Source: Kiloniellales bacterium (GTDB lineage Bacteria; Pseudomonadota; Alphaproteobacteria; Kiloniellales; JAKSBE01). Taken from it: a stretch of DNA of 64,000 nucleotides. Position 1 is the first letter of the stretch. Every line of letters begins with the position of its first letter. Made by a program: the position numbers and the translations under genes. The notes beneath the pieces were generated by a model. That model made no database searches. It was not told where the DNA came from and saw only the letters and a list, made by a program, of their open reading frames with translations. Below, piece by piece: positions 20,100-30,148 of this stretch. Location of the stretch: NCBI GenBank assembly GCA_022361275.1, contig JAKSBE010000573.1, positions 3,882-67,881 of the forward strand. The letters run 5' to 3'.

Positions 20100-21362
20100 G
20101 TGACAGATTGTACCTAAGACATGGGTGACAATCTCGAGCCGAACGGATTGTCGCTAGTCTGCAAGGTTCTCTGTTCCAGGTCGATGTATCCCAGATCGTA
20201 GTGCATGAAGCTCACGAGCCAAATGCCATCGTCGACCTCGTTGATACCGAGCCTGTGACCGGCGAGCACGGTGGAGATGTTGATCTTCTTGCGGTGCATG
20301 CAGATGCGTCCGCAGGCGGTGACCAGGATGTCGCGGTCTTGGAAGGGGTATTGCAGCTCGGGCAGGCCGGTGTATGGCCTTGGCGAGGGGCTGTAGAGCT
20401 CGGCGGGGCATCGCATTCCAAGCGCCTCATGTGGCCGTTCCTCATTGAATTCGCTGAGGAAGGCATCGAAGCGGTCCTGCTGTTGCAGGCTGTTGTTGCC
20501 TGGCGGTCGCGTGGTCTCGGTCTTGAGCGTGAGGTGCATGCGCTCGTGGCGGCCGTTCTGCTGCGGGTGGCCTGGCTTGATGCGCTCGATCTGGATGGCG
20601 AGCCTGAGCCACCAGAGCGAGAGCTTGGAGAGGTTGTAGAGGCCGTTGGGGCTGGCGAAGGGCAGGCCGTTGTCGCTTCTGAGGGCGGCCGGCAAGCCGC
20701 GGTCCTTGAACAGCCGGACAAAGGCTTCGATGACCGGGCCTTCCTTGGTGGCATCAAGCGCCTCGCACAGGAGCAGGAAGCGGGACGCCTGGTCGGTCAC
20801 GGTCAGGGGGTAACAGTATCGGCGGTTGCCGAGCTTGAACTCGCCCTTGAAGTCGGCACACCACAGATCGTTAGGCCAGGTCGCTTGCGACAGGGGCGTG
20901 CCCTGGGCCTTGTGGCGTCGACGGCGGGCGCGCTTGACCAGGCCGTGGCGGTCGAGCACCGCATGGACCGTGCTCCTGGCGGGGATGCGGACATCGCCGG
21001 CGAGCCTGCGCAGCAGCAGCTCGCGGATCTTGCGCGCACCCCAGTGCGGCTTGTCGCGCTTGCACTCGAGGATCAGCCGCTCCACCGGCTCGGGCAGTTG
21101 GTTGGCGTAGCGCACCGGCCGGCGCGAGCGGTCGCTGAGGGCTTCGAGCCCCTCCTCCTTGTAGCGCTTGAAGATCTTGTAGCCGGTCTTGCGAGAGATC
21201 CCGAACTCCCGGCACACATCGCTCATCCGCTCCCCCTCCAAGAGGCGCGCGACAAAGCGTAGACGTTCCTCCATAACCGAAATCTCCTTCCACGGCATCA
21301 ACACCTCCGCCAGGCAATTGCCTGGCGGAGGTGTTACCCATGTCTCCGGTACAAAACGTCAC
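20100..21362 (-). mobile_element. IS481-family insertion sequence (about 1.26 kb) with imperfect terminal inverted repeats
   Basis: Left end gtgacagattgtacctaagacatgggtgaca versus reverse complement of right end gtgacgttttgtaccggagacatgggtaaca, about 25 of 31 matching by eye. Single DDE transposase inside. No clear target-site duplication seen. Confidence 0.8.
20114..21298 (-). CDS. IS481-family DDE transposase
   Basis: MPWKEISVMEERLRFV N-terminus, HTH region, integrase-core motifs (WCADFKGEF, RSDNGLPFAS, PGHPQQNGRHERMH). GGAGG lies 5 nt upstream of the ATG at 21298. Confidence 0.9.
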   Translation of the reverse strand: MPWKEISVMEERLRFVARLLEGERMSDVCREFGISRKTGYKIFKRYKEEGLEALSDRSRRPVRYANQLPEPVERLILECKRDKPHWGARKIRELLLRRLAGDVRIPARSTVHAVLDRHGLVKRARRRRHKAQGTPLSQATWPNDLWCADFKGEFKLGNRRYCYPLTVTDQASRFLLLCEALDATKEGPVIEAFVRLFKDRGLPAALRSDNGLPFASPNGLYNLSKLSLWWLRLAIQIERIKPGHPQQNGRHERMHLTLKTETTRPPGNNSLQQQDRFDAFLSEFNEERPHEALGMRCPAELYSPSPRPYTGLPELQYPFQDRDILVTACGRICMHRKKINISTVLAGHRLGINEVDDGIWLVSFMHYDLGYIDLEQRTLQTSDNPFGSRLSPMS

Positions 21363-21380
21363 CTATGTCGCGGGTCGGTC

Positions 21381-21806
21381 ACCCCCGACGCAGCCCTTGA
21401 GGCTCTGACAGAGAGTCCGGAGCCAGCCATTTCGGTTAGGTGTTTAGTCCCGGCATTTGATGGTGGCCAGCTCAGCTCGGATGCCGGTGCCTTGTTGCTG
21501 CACGAGACGGATCGGGCGGTCGATCTGATTGCTCGGGTTGCGGGCTGCTTTCAAGATGGCCGGGACCGCGCCCACGTCGAACACACGCTGATGACATTGG
21601 TTGGCCAGCGCATCGTCAGCCTTGCACTGAGCTACGAGGATATCAACGATCACGACGAGTTGCGCTTTGATCCAGCGCTGAGGCTGTTCTCCAACAAGCT
21701 CGCTGGTAGAGCACATCGTTGTGTCGGGACGCTTGTCTGCCTGGTCGGATCGCAGTGCTCGGAAAGAATACGTCATCGTTCGCCGGACTGGGGGCTATCC
21801 AGATAG
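21381..21806 (+). pseudogene. IS1380-family transposase N-terminal fragment (remnant)
   Basis: FDGGQLSSDAGALLLHETDRAVDLIARVAGCFQDGRDRAHVEHTLMTLVGQRIVSLALSYEDINDHDELRFDP is the characteristic IS1380/IS4-like N-terminal block. No catalytic domain follows. Confidence 0.7.
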
Positions 21807-22635
21807 CGCATCGACAAAGCGTTGTTGGTTATCACTTCCCGGAGTGCCTGCCGCTTGTAACCGCTGAGAAGATACCTCGGTCTGCGCTCACTGGTCATCC
21901 GAGACGTTGCCTGCCTTCCAATCACGCTAATCTCCATAAAGATCCGTCGTGTATCTCGACAGGACCTAGACAGTGAAAGCAATCTCCTAAATTCCAAAAA
22001 TCAAATATAAATGCCGCCTTCGCGGCTGAGTTTCCTTCGATACGGCACCCTTATATCTACCTGAAATCTAAAAACTTCATCAGCTGGTGCTCCGGCAGGG
22101 TCCCACAGAACGCTTGTCGAAACATTGCCTGAAGCGACCATTACGGCGGAAGCGAAAGGCGCCTAGGCACGATAAGAGCGCCCCAACCCTCTGCCAAAAA
22201 CCCACGCGCCGCTCGCGGTCTTCCGGTCTTATCAGTAACCGGCAGTCGATTCTCCGCATGCGGGACTCAAAGTCCAAGCGCCAAAATACAGATCCGGAGC
22301 GTCGATCCGATTTGGATTCCCCCTGCCCCAGCCAAGAATAGAAGCCGATAATTCACACAAATCATGACATCGCCAAAGACTTCTTCGGAGACCCGCTCGA
22401 TCAATCGCCGGCCACCCGAAGTGGCGGCCAATTAAAGTCAAGGCTCAAATTCCAAGAAAATATTTCCAAAAATATCGTCACACATTAACGTCAATATAAA
22501 ATTGACCCCGTCGCAAGACAGAGGTTATATTTCAGCGCTTGCGGATCAATCCTCCAGTTGTTTCTTCTTATCCTAAAGCAAGCCGACCTACATTTATCTT
22601 ACAGGATCCAAGAGCTTGGAGTCATTTGAACTTGA

Positions 22636-23073
22636 AAGCGGGGCGAGCTTAGGTGGAACAGTCCTTTTGCTCCGATTGACGCCTTCTTTCAGCCGATTTC
22701 GAGCTTTAGCGAACGTCTCGATACGCCCAAATACCTACTCAAGCATCTATACCGGAACGTGCTACCGCCGAGCATACTGAGCCGCCGAAAAATGGGCTTC
22801 CCGCTTCCCCTGGGCCGATGGGCGGTTAGTGATGAATCTCGGAATTTTCGAAAGCTCCTGTTCGATGAAGAGCCTGCGGTCGCCTCCTTCTTAGACATCG
22901 GCGCACTGAAGCGATGGTATGAGAGCGAGCGGCAAGCAGCGAGTGATACTTTCGGCAAGAAACTCTGGCTGATCTGCAATCTGGAGATCTTTCTTCGCAG
23001 TCTTTCCGGCTCTGCCAAGGCCGAGGGACAGCGGCCCGCAGGTTTCGCAGCCCCTTTATCGGCGGAACCTTGA
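22636..23073 (+). pseudogene. asparagine synthase (AsnB-like amidotransferase) C-terminal fragment
   Basis: KYLLKHLYRNVLPPSILSRRKMGFPLPLGRW...LWLICNLEIFLR matches the extreme C-terminus of AsnB-type enzymes. The upstream part is absent and a stop lies at 22633. Confidence 0.6.
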
Positions 23074-23192
23074 ACGGCCCGTCGGCGGGCACGTGCGCCA
23101 GCGCCGCGGCGTTCGGATGTCCCATCCAACCGAGAACCCACCGGATGCAAGAGATTGGCATCCAGATGCTTTCATGCTGCAGCCTGCGCTAT

Positions 23193-24431
23193 TTAAAATA
23201 TCGGGTCGGAGAAGGGCTTTAGTCCCAGAAGGGATGCGAACGTCGCCGTCAGTGAGGCGTCGTTTGCACGGTCGATCACAACTTTGGGCAGGTCGCCGCC
23301 GCCGAGTATGCAGACGCGATCGTCCGCGGCTGTACCTGGCCTCAGCCCGTGCGTAGCCACGATTGCGGGCGGGCCGTGAGCTTCGGAGCGCCCGGCAGTG
23401 CTCGGATGGTACTCGAAGGCATGACCCTCGGGAGCGGAAAACGTAGCCACTCGCTCTCGCTGATCGTCCGGCACGTGGCCGCTGTCGTGTGGAACCACGC
23501 CATAGACGGACAGCCTATCGATGATGACAGATCTGTCCCCCTCGCAGGATATCGCCACGTGCAAGGTGGCGCCTTCCAGTCCCCAATGGTACTCGGGAAT
23601 CAAGGCGTTGGGATAGATCGCGGTTTCGATTTCACCGAATCCGTGATCGGAGACGATGGCGATCGCGTAGGTGTCTAGACGTCCAGCGGCTTCGAGGCGG
23701 CTGATCAGGGCTCCCACCAGCATGTCGGCGTGGACCATCGCCCAATGAGCCGTATCGCTTTCACAACCAAAGAAATGCTGCAGATAGTCGGTGGTCGCGA
23801 TCTCCGTCAGTATGAGGTCAGGCGGGCTGTCCGAGCAGGCGAGATCGGCAACGCATCGCAGCAGGACCTGATCGCTGCCGAGGCCAAGCAAGACAGAAGA
23901 GAGGCGATCATGGTCGTTCGACGCGCTGCTGATCTCGGGAAGATCGCCGACATGGACCTGGGTGAGCCGGTCGTGAGGGTCCTTACGTTGCAGACACCGC
24001 CCGCTAATCCCCGACGGGACTTTGATATGCCGCTGGTTGTGGAGAAACTCATGCAACCACCACGGGGGCTCAAAGACCGATGCGGTATCCGGATGAACGA
24101 GGCCGAACCCGATTGAAGCGACATCCTGTCCCGCCTGGAAGCACCGAGACGCCAGCGTAGGGGCGCGCACATCCTCCGGCGTCACGCATCGAAAGTTGGC
24201 GCCATCCAACACGCGATTGCCGTAAATGCCATGCTCTCTAGGGCCTAATCCCGTCAAGATCGACGCCCGGCCGGGCATTGACGTTCCCGGCATCGTAGGC
24301 GCCATTCGTTTGATCAGCGTGCCGCGTTCGGCAAGGTGACTCAACCAGCGAAGGCGGCGTCGATGCTTGGCAAAGTAGTCAGCGCTCAATCCGTCGATCA
24401 GGACAATGATGAGTTTGCTGGTTTCCTGCAT
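23193..24431 (-). CDS. type I phosphodiesterase / nucleotide pyrophosphatase (alkaline-phosphatase superfamily) protein
   Basis: IIVLIDGLSADYF, PTMPGTSMPGRASILTG and IVSDHGFG resemble NPP-family metal and nucleophile motifs. ATG verified at 24429-24431. Confidence 0.7.
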   Translation of the reverse strand: MQETSKLIIVLIDGLSADYFAKHRRRLRWLSHLAERGTLIKRMAPTMPGTSMPGRASILTGLGPREHGIYGNRVLDGANFRCVTPEDVRAPTLASRCFQAGQDVASIGFGLVHPDTASVFEPPWWLHEFLHNQRHIKVPSGISGRCLQRKDPHDRLTQVHVGDLPEISSASNDHDRLSSVLLGLGSDQVLLRCVADLACSDSPPDLILTEIATTDYLQHFFGCESDTAHWAMVHADMLVGALISRLEAAGRLDTYAIAIVSDHGFGEIETAIYPNALIPEYHWGLEGATLHVAISCEGDRSVIIDRLSVYGVVPHDSGHVPDDQRERVATFSAPEGHAFEYHPSTAGRSEAHGPPAIVATHGLRPGTAADDRVCILGGGDLPKVVIDRANDASLTATFASLLGLKPFSDPIF

Positions 24432-24499
24432 ATCGATGGTCTCCAAGGAATCTGGCGTTTTGATGTTCCGACGTGGGATCGTCAGCGCACGAAGTGATG

Positions 24500-25399
24500 T
24501 CAGCCCTTCTTCGAACGGGGATCGAGGTGGTCTCGCAGCCAGTCGCCGCACACACTTATGGCGAGGGTTGTCAGGACGATCAGCCCGCCCGGGAAGAGCG
24601 CGAGCCACCATGCATTGAAAAGGTAATCGCGTCCGAAGCCCAAGAGGGCACCCAGGCTGGTGTTTGGAGGCTGAATCCCCAACCCGAGGAAACTAAGGGC
24701 GGCCTCCCAGAGCACGGTCTCGGGGAAGTTGAGAGTCATATTGACGATAAGCGCGCTGGCGACGTTCGGGAGGATATGCTTGGCGTAGATCCGCCAGGGA
24801 TCGGCTCCTGCCGTTCTGAGCGCCACCACGTAGCCGCGTTCTCTCGCCGCCAAAGCAAGCCCGCGCGCGATGCGGGCATATCGCTCCCAGCCCTGAAGCC
24901 CCAGGATGCAGATGAACAGGAGAAGACTGTTGCCGAGGAAGGCCAACGCCGCGAGCGCCAGGATGACGAAGGGCACGGCAGCCTGAAAATCGACCAGCAA
25001 CATGATGACGTCGTCGACGAGGCCCCTGAAATGAGCCGCGAGGAATCCAGCTATCGTTCCAAGACAGGCGCCGATGACAGTTCCCAGCAACGCGATCAGA
25101 AGGCTGAAGCGGACTGCGTGGATAAGGCGGCTAAGCAGGTCACGACCAAGATGATCGGTGCCCAGGGGATGGGCCCATGACCCGCCTGCGAACACCGGAG
25201 GCTGCAATCGAGCGCGGAGGTCTATGGCCGTGTAGTCATGTGGGCTCAGAATCTCGGCACCCAGGCCGCAGAGCGTGACGGCGATCAGCCAGGACGTGGA
25301 AAGAAGAACGATCGGCGGCAACATCCCCGATGATCGGCGCCCCGAGTGGCTCTGGCCGGCATTCTTGCGAGCCGGGTTTGGGTCCGCGAGGTCGCTCAT
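24500..25399 (-). CDS. ABC transporter permease (DppC/OppC-like)
   Basis: Six-TM BPD permease pattern including the EAA-like loop YVVALRTAGADPWRIYAKHILPN. Confidence 0.85.
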   Translation of the reverse strand: MSDLADPNPARKNAGQSHSGRRSSGMLPPIVLLSTSWLIAVTLCGLGAEILSPHDYTAIDLRARLQPPVFAGGSWAHPLGTDHLGRDLLSRLIHAVRFSLLIALLGTVIGACLGTIAGFLAAHFRGLVDDVIMLLVDFQAAVPFVILALAALAFLGNSLLLFICILGLQGWERYARIARGLALAARERGYVVALRTAGADPWRIYAKHILPNVASALIVNMTLNFPETVLWEAALSFLGLGIQPPNTSLGALLGFGRDYLFNAWWLALFPGGLIVLTTLAISVCGDWLRDHLDPRSKKG

Positions 25400-26337
25400 G
25401 CCTCTATAACACTCGATCGAGCGGCCGTCAGGCGTACCCGAGGATCAAGCCATCCGTAGAGAAGGTCGACTAGGAGATTGGAGGCGATCATCGTGCTGGC
25501 GATGAGGAGCACGATCACCTGGACGACGGCGAGGTCACGGGTGTTCACGGAATTGACGAGCAGTTGCCCAACGCCCGGCCAAGCAAAAACCGTCTCGCTG
25601 ACGATCGCGCCGCCGATCAGCCCGCCGACCATGAAACCGGCGACAGTGACCACCGGAATCGCAGCGTTCGGCAGGGCGTGCAGACGGACAACGCGGGCCC
25701 AGGGCAGACCTTTGGCGGTTGCGCCTTCGATGTAATGCTGCTGTAGGACCTCAAGAACGGTGGACCTGACGAAGCGGGCATAGATACCCACCCAGGAGAG
25801 TGCGATCGTTGCTACGGGCATGATGTAGTGCCAGATGGTGTCGCTGCCGCTGGTCGGCAGGACTCGGAAGACCACGGAGAAAAGAAAGATCAGAAGGACG
25901 CCAAGAAAGAAGTTCGGCACGCTGTATCCGAAGACAGCCGCCACGATGACGGCACGATCGATTGGCGTATTGTGATTGAGCGCTGCAATTGCGCCAGCGG
26001 GGATGCCGATCACCAGAGTCAAGAACAACGCCGGCAACATCAAGGCAAGGGTCTTCGGGATGCGCTCGAAGACGACATCGACGGCGTCGCGTCCTTCCAG
26101 AAAAGAGCGCCCGAGGTTTCCCTCCAGGATGTTCGCGAGGTAGAGTAGATATTGCTGCCAAAGTGATCGGTCGAGTCCCCAGGCGCGCCGGTAGAACTCT
26201 ATGGTCTCCAGGGGTGCGCTTGGTGGAAGAATTGCGAGCACTGGATCGCCCGAAATTCGAAGTGCGAAGAATACAAAGGTGACGACGGCCCAGAGGGTGA
26301 GCAATGCACGGCCGAGCTTCTGAAGGACGAACGGCAC
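25396..26337 (-). CDS. ABC transporter permease (DppB/OppB-like)
   Basis: VPFVLQKLGRALLTLWAVVTFVFFALR N-terminus and YIEGATAKGLPWARVVRLHALPNA loop. GTG start at 26337 sits 4 nt after the upstream stop. The longer ORF to 26628 overlaps the ATPase gene. Confidence 0.85.
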   Translation of the reverse strand: MPFVLQKLGRALLTLWAVVTFVFFALRISGDPVLAILPPSAPLETIEFYRRAWGLDRSLWQQYLLYLANILEGNLGRSFLEGRDAVDVVFERIPKTLALMLPALFLTLVIGIPAGAIAALNHNTPIDRAVIVAAVFGYSVPNFFLGVLLIFLFSVVFRVLPTSGSDTIWHYIMPVATIALSWVGIYARFVRSTVLEVLQQHYIEGATAKGLPWARVVRLHALPNAAIPVVTVAGFMVGGLIGGAIVSETVFAWPGVGQLLVNSVNTRDLAVVQVIVLLIASTMIASNLLVDLLYGWLDPRVRLTAARSSVIEA

Positions 26338-26341
26338 GTTT

Positions 26342-27397
26342 TCACCTGCCCCTGGCGATGTGAGGTGGCAGCGTCTCGCTCTGCATTGGTCCTTCGCAAA
26401 CAACATGACATGAAACGCGGTGCTGCTCGCCGATTGGTAAGAGCTCGGGCACCTCGGCTCGACAGCGCGGCTCCGCGAGCGGGCATCTCGGATGGAACCT
26501 GCAGCCTCGAAGCGCACTCGAAGCCTTGGGCGGCTCCCCGGACAGCGGAACGCTGCGCGTGCGGTCCCGTCGCGACAAGCCTGGGACCGACGCCACCAAG
26601 GCACGCGTATAGGGATGCTGCGGGGCATGCAGGACTGTTTCTACTGGCCCCTCTTCAACTAGGCGACCAAGATACATGACAGCTATCCGTTCGGCCATGT
26701 GGCGCACAACGCGGAGGTCATGAGTAATAAAGAGATATGCCATCCCCGTGGCGCGCTGCTGGCGCTTGAGGATGTCTATCGTTTGAGCCTGGATAGAGAC
26801 GTCGAGCGCCGACAACGGTTCGTCGCATACGAGAATCTGCGGCTCGAGGACAAGCGCGCGCGCGATGACCACCCTTTGCAGTTGGCCGCCTGACAACTCA
26901 TGAGGATAGCGCGACAAGAGTGTACTCTCCAGGCCAAGGTCGGCCATGATCGCACTGGCTCTCGCCATGTGGCCGCCGCTCCCATTCAGGCCGTGAATGT
27001 GAAGCGGCTCGATGATCTGGTTCCGCACTCTTACAAGAGGATCCAGCGCGTCCAGAGGGTTCTGAAAGATCATCTGGACAGAGCGGCTGAGGGCTTTGCG
27101 CCTGGTTTCATCGCCGAAGGAAACCGGTTCGCCTCGGACCCGAACGTCACCCGAGGTTCGGGGCAAGATGCCAAGAACGAGACGTGCCACCGTAGTCTTG
27201 CCGGAACCGCTCTCGCCGACCAGCGCGAGCGACTCTCCGGGTTCGAGCGTGAAGGTGACGTCGTCGACAGCACGAATGATGCGGCGCTGCGCCAAAGGGT
27301 GTCGACGTTGACCAAAGTGGCATGCCAGGTTGACAACTTCTAGCAGCGGTGCAGGCGGGCGCCCGTTACAGGAGCCCGTCATGGTCGCGAAACTCAT
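26342..27397 (-). CDS. ABC transporter ATP-binding protein (DppF/OppF-like)
   Basis: Walker A GESGSGKTT, signature LSGGQLQRV, Walker B ILVCDEPLSALD, and the C-terminal oligopeptide-type extension. Confidence 0.9.
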   Translation of the reverse strand: MSFATMTGSCNGRPPAPLLEVVNLACHFGQRRHPLAQRRIIRAVDDVTFTLEPGESLALVGESGSGKTTVARLVLGILPRTSGDVRVRGEPVSFGDETRRKALSRSVQMIFQNPLDALDPLVRVRNQIIEPLHIHGLNGSGGHMARASAIMADLGLESTLLSRYPHELSGGQLQRVVIARALVLEPQILVCDEPLSALDVSIQAQTIDILKRQQRATGMAYLFITHDLRVVRHMAERIAVMYLGRLVEEGPVETVLHAPQHPYTRALVASVPGLSRRDRTRSVPLSGEPPKASSALRGCRFHPRCPLAEPRCRAEVPELLPIGEQHRVSCHVVCEGPMQSETLPPHIARGR

Positions 27398-27399
27398 GA

Positions 27400-28464
27400 T
27401 CAGGTGATCGGTCTATGACAGGCGACGGCGCGATTGCGAGCAAGTGCCGTCAACGCAGGTCGTACCGTGCGGCAGTCTGAACCAGATCGCTCACACCTTT
27501 CGCTGAATGCACATGTGGTGGCCAGTCTCGGGCCAGGGCTTCCGAGACCGGGGGTGGGACGCAGGTCGCCGTTGCTGTTGTCAAGCCGCGGCGCGGCCGC
27601 GAGCAAGGCGGCCGTATAGGGATGGCGAGGTGTGCGGAAGATATCCGCGACGGCTCCCACTTCGACGATCCGGCCTGCGTAGATCACGCCAACACGGTCA
27701 CACACCTCCGCTACGATCCCAAGATCGTGAGTGACGAGCAGGACCGTAAGCCCGATGTCATCGATCAGCCGTCGCAGCAGGTCGAGTATTTGCGCCTGTA
27801 TCGTTACGTCGAGCGCGGTGGTCGGCTCGTCGGCCAAAAGTAATCGTGGCTGCCTGGCAATGGCCATAGCGATCATCACGCGCTGGCACATGCCGCCCGA
27901 GATCTCGTGGGGATAGCTTCGCAAGACCCGGTCTGTTTCGGGGATCCCGACGATCCTGAGGAGCGCCTGAGCTTCGGTGATCGAGCCGCCGCCGGCCGCG
28001 CCAGGCGAGCGTCGCTGTTCGACCGCCTCGCGGAGCTGCCAGCCGATCGTGTATACTGGGTTGAGATAGCTGGATGGCTCCTGAAAGATCATGGCGACTT
28101 CGCGTCGCCGCAACTCGTCCAGCGCAGGCGGTCGAAGTGATAGAAGGTCGACTTCGTCGAGCAGTATCTTTCCTTTGGCCTCGGCCCCACTCTGAAGAAG
28201 ACCAGCAATCGCTCGACAAAGAGTGGACTTCCCCGATCCGCTTTCCCCGATGAGTCCGAAACACTCGCCCTCGTGTAAGTCGAGCGACACATCATCGACG
28301 GCCCACGTCGTCGTGCCACCTTCGGAAAACCCGACCCCTAGGTTGCGCACCCTTAGAGCTGTCGAAACAACAGAAGTAACAGTCAAGATCACGTCCCTTG
28401 GCAGATGACAGGCATCGCTAAGTCTGGCACGAGCTTGGAGGCTAGGCTCTCGCCCCCGTGGCAA
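27400..28464 (-). CDS. ABC transporter ATP-binding protein (DppD/OppD-like)
   Basis: Walker [31 protein letters not shown]. The true start may be internal (GTG/TTG near 28390), because the 28464 start adds an atypical N-terminal extension. Confidence 0.85.
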   Translation of the reverse strand: MPRGREPSLQARARLSDACHLPRDVILTVTSVVSTALRVRNLGVGFSEGGTTTWAVDDVSLDLHEGECFGLIGESGSGKSTLCRAIAGLLQSGAEAKGKILLDEVDLLSLRPPALDELRRREVAMIFQEPSSYLNPVYTIGWQLREAVEQRRSPGAAGGGSITEAQALLRIVGIPETDRVLRSYPHEISGGMCQRVMIAMAIARQPRLLLADEPTTALDVTIQAQILDLLRRLIDDIGLTVLLVTHDLGIVAEVCDRVGVIYAGRIVEVGAVADIFRTPRHPYTAALLAAAPRLDNSNGDLRPTPGLGSPGPRLATTCAFSERCERSGSDCRTVRPALTALARNRAVACHRPIT

Positions 28465-28473
28465 CCAATTGAA

Positions 28474-30054
28474 TCAGTTGTTTGTCCGCCCGAACTCGAT
28501 CTCGCCGGGACGGAAACTCATGAACACGGTTGGCTGTGCCTCCCAGCGAACACTGTCCTGCTTGCCGTAGAAAGCCGACAGATAATGCAGTACGGTTCCC
28601 GGAGGATCCTCATAGCGAAGAATCTCAAGCATCCGGCGGAACAGCCGTCGACGTTCCTTCAGCTCTGTCGTGCTTTCGAGCTTTCGGCCCAACTCGTTGA
28701 ATTCGTCGTTCGAGAAGCGGCCCCACGTGGTTTGTATGATCCCACGCTCACCCCATAGCCGCCAGAGATGGCCCAGTGGATCCGGTTGGTACATTGTACT
28801 CGACAGATTATAGATCTGCCGGGTTTCTTCTCTCTGGACGTCGTCCCAGCTTCCAACGACCTCGATCTTGACGTTGATCCCCACGTCCTTCCACATCTGC
28901 TGCATGACTTCCGCAGTTGCGACCTCAAATGGGTAGTAGTCTTCGACCATACGGTAGCGGATCTCTTCGCCTCGATAGCTGGACCGCGCCAAGGCTTCTC
29001 GCGCCTTATCGAGATCGAACTCCGGCTTTCCCCAGTCTTCGATGAACATCTCGTTGAAGAAGGGGAACTGCTCCCCCGCCGGAACCTCCGTCCGCCCACT
29101 GAAGAGCGAGTCCACAATCAGCTGCCGATCGACGGCATAGTTGAGGGCAAGCCTGAGATCTGGGTCACTCAAGATGCCATTCCCCTCGTCATAGACGACG
29201 ATGCGAATGTTGTTGACTGGCCCCCCGGTTACCGAAACCCCCTTGGCCTCGCTCAAGCTGTCAAGCTGATCAGCCGGCAGGTCAGTGACAATATGGAACT
29301 CTCCGCTGAGCAACCCGGCAATACGGGTCGTCGCTTCCGGAACGAGTCGGAACGTGACCGAGTTGAGTGGCGGCGTCCCCCGCCAATACTGGTCAAAAGC
29401 TACCAGCCGAATGTACTCTCCGGACTCTATCGCCTCGATGCTGTAGGGCCCAGTTCCAACAGCCGACCGGGCCCAAGTATCGAAGTCAGACGATGCCTCG
29501 TAGCCCTCTTTGCTGACGATCTGGCTCATCAGACCGGCGAAGCGGTGCGCTAGGATTGGATCTGGCACCCGGCTCGTGACACGGACCTTGTAGGGATCGA
29601 GGATCTGAATTGCTTCGATGTTTCCGAACAAGGCCTGGGCTCCACCGTAGCCCGGGCTCTCTGGATCGAACATCCGCTCCTTGCCGAACGTGAAGGCGAC
29701 GTCTTCGGCGTCGAACGTGTCGCCATTGTGAAAAAGCACGTCTCGCCGTAGTGTGAATTCGATCGCCTTCTCATCTATGACGACCCAGTCTTCCGCAAGC
29801 CCGGGTCGAAGCTTGTAGGTATCAAGATCGTAGTCGAGCAGAGTGTCGAAGACGCTGTAGTAGATGCGAGCTCCCGCATTCGACTGCTGGACAATGGGTT
29901 CCAGATTGGCTGGAAGCGATTGCACGGCGACGATCAGGCCGGGACGCTCACCGGTCTGAGCGGCGGCTAAAGGCATTGGGTCTGCAGCGGAAACACCGGC
30001 AGCGACCACGGTTGCCAAGACAATCCCCAAAAACGTCCTTCTCAAGCACGTCAT
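28474..30054 (-). CDS. ABC transporter substrate-binding protein, family 5 (peptide/nickel/opine type)
   Basis: Signal peptide MTCLRRTFLGIVLATVVAAGVSA preceded by a GGAGG RBS. Family-5 SBP length and motifs. Confidence 0.85.
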   Translation of the reverse strand: MTCLRRTFLGIVLATVVAAGVSAADPMPLAAAQTGERPGLIVAVQSLPANLEPIVQQSNAGARIYYSVFDTLLDYDLDTYKLRPGLAEDWVVIDEKAIEFTLRRDVLFHNGDTFDAEDVAFTFGKERMFDPESPGYGGAQALFGNIEAIQILDPYKVRVTSRVPDPILAHRFAGLMSQIVSKEGYEASSDFDTWARSAVGTGPYSIEAIESGEYIRLVAFDQYWRGTPPLNSVTFRLVPEATTRIAGLLSGEFHIVTDLPADQLDSLSEAKGVSVTGGPVNNIRIVVYDEGNGILSDPDLRLALNYAVDRQLIVDSLFSGRTEVPAGEQFPFFNEMFIEDWGKPEFDLDKAREALARSSYRGEEIRYRMVEDYYPFEVATAEVMQQMWKDVGINVKIEVVGSWDDVQREETRQIYNLSSTMYQPDPLGHLWRLWGERGIIQTTWGRFSNDEFNELGRKLESTTELKERRRLFRRMLEILRYEDPPGTVLHYLSAFYGKQDSVRWEAQPTVFMSFRPGEIEFGRTNN

Positions 30055-30148
30055 TAACCCCTCCTGTCGGTTTGCCCCTCGGCCGATCCCAGAGCCTTCG
30101 GATCCTTTGGCCGGAGCGCTCCGGCTTTGCGGTATGGACAATGGCGCG

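Noticed and set aside
20071-20100. Target-site duplication for the IS481 copy, and an att-type repeat of the tRNA-Arg 3' end.
   Set aside because: The flanks (gagacatgt on the left, ctatgtcgc on the right) share only a short ATGT that is not adjacent on both sides. I could not find a second copy of the tRNA 3' end by eye. Neither is claimed.
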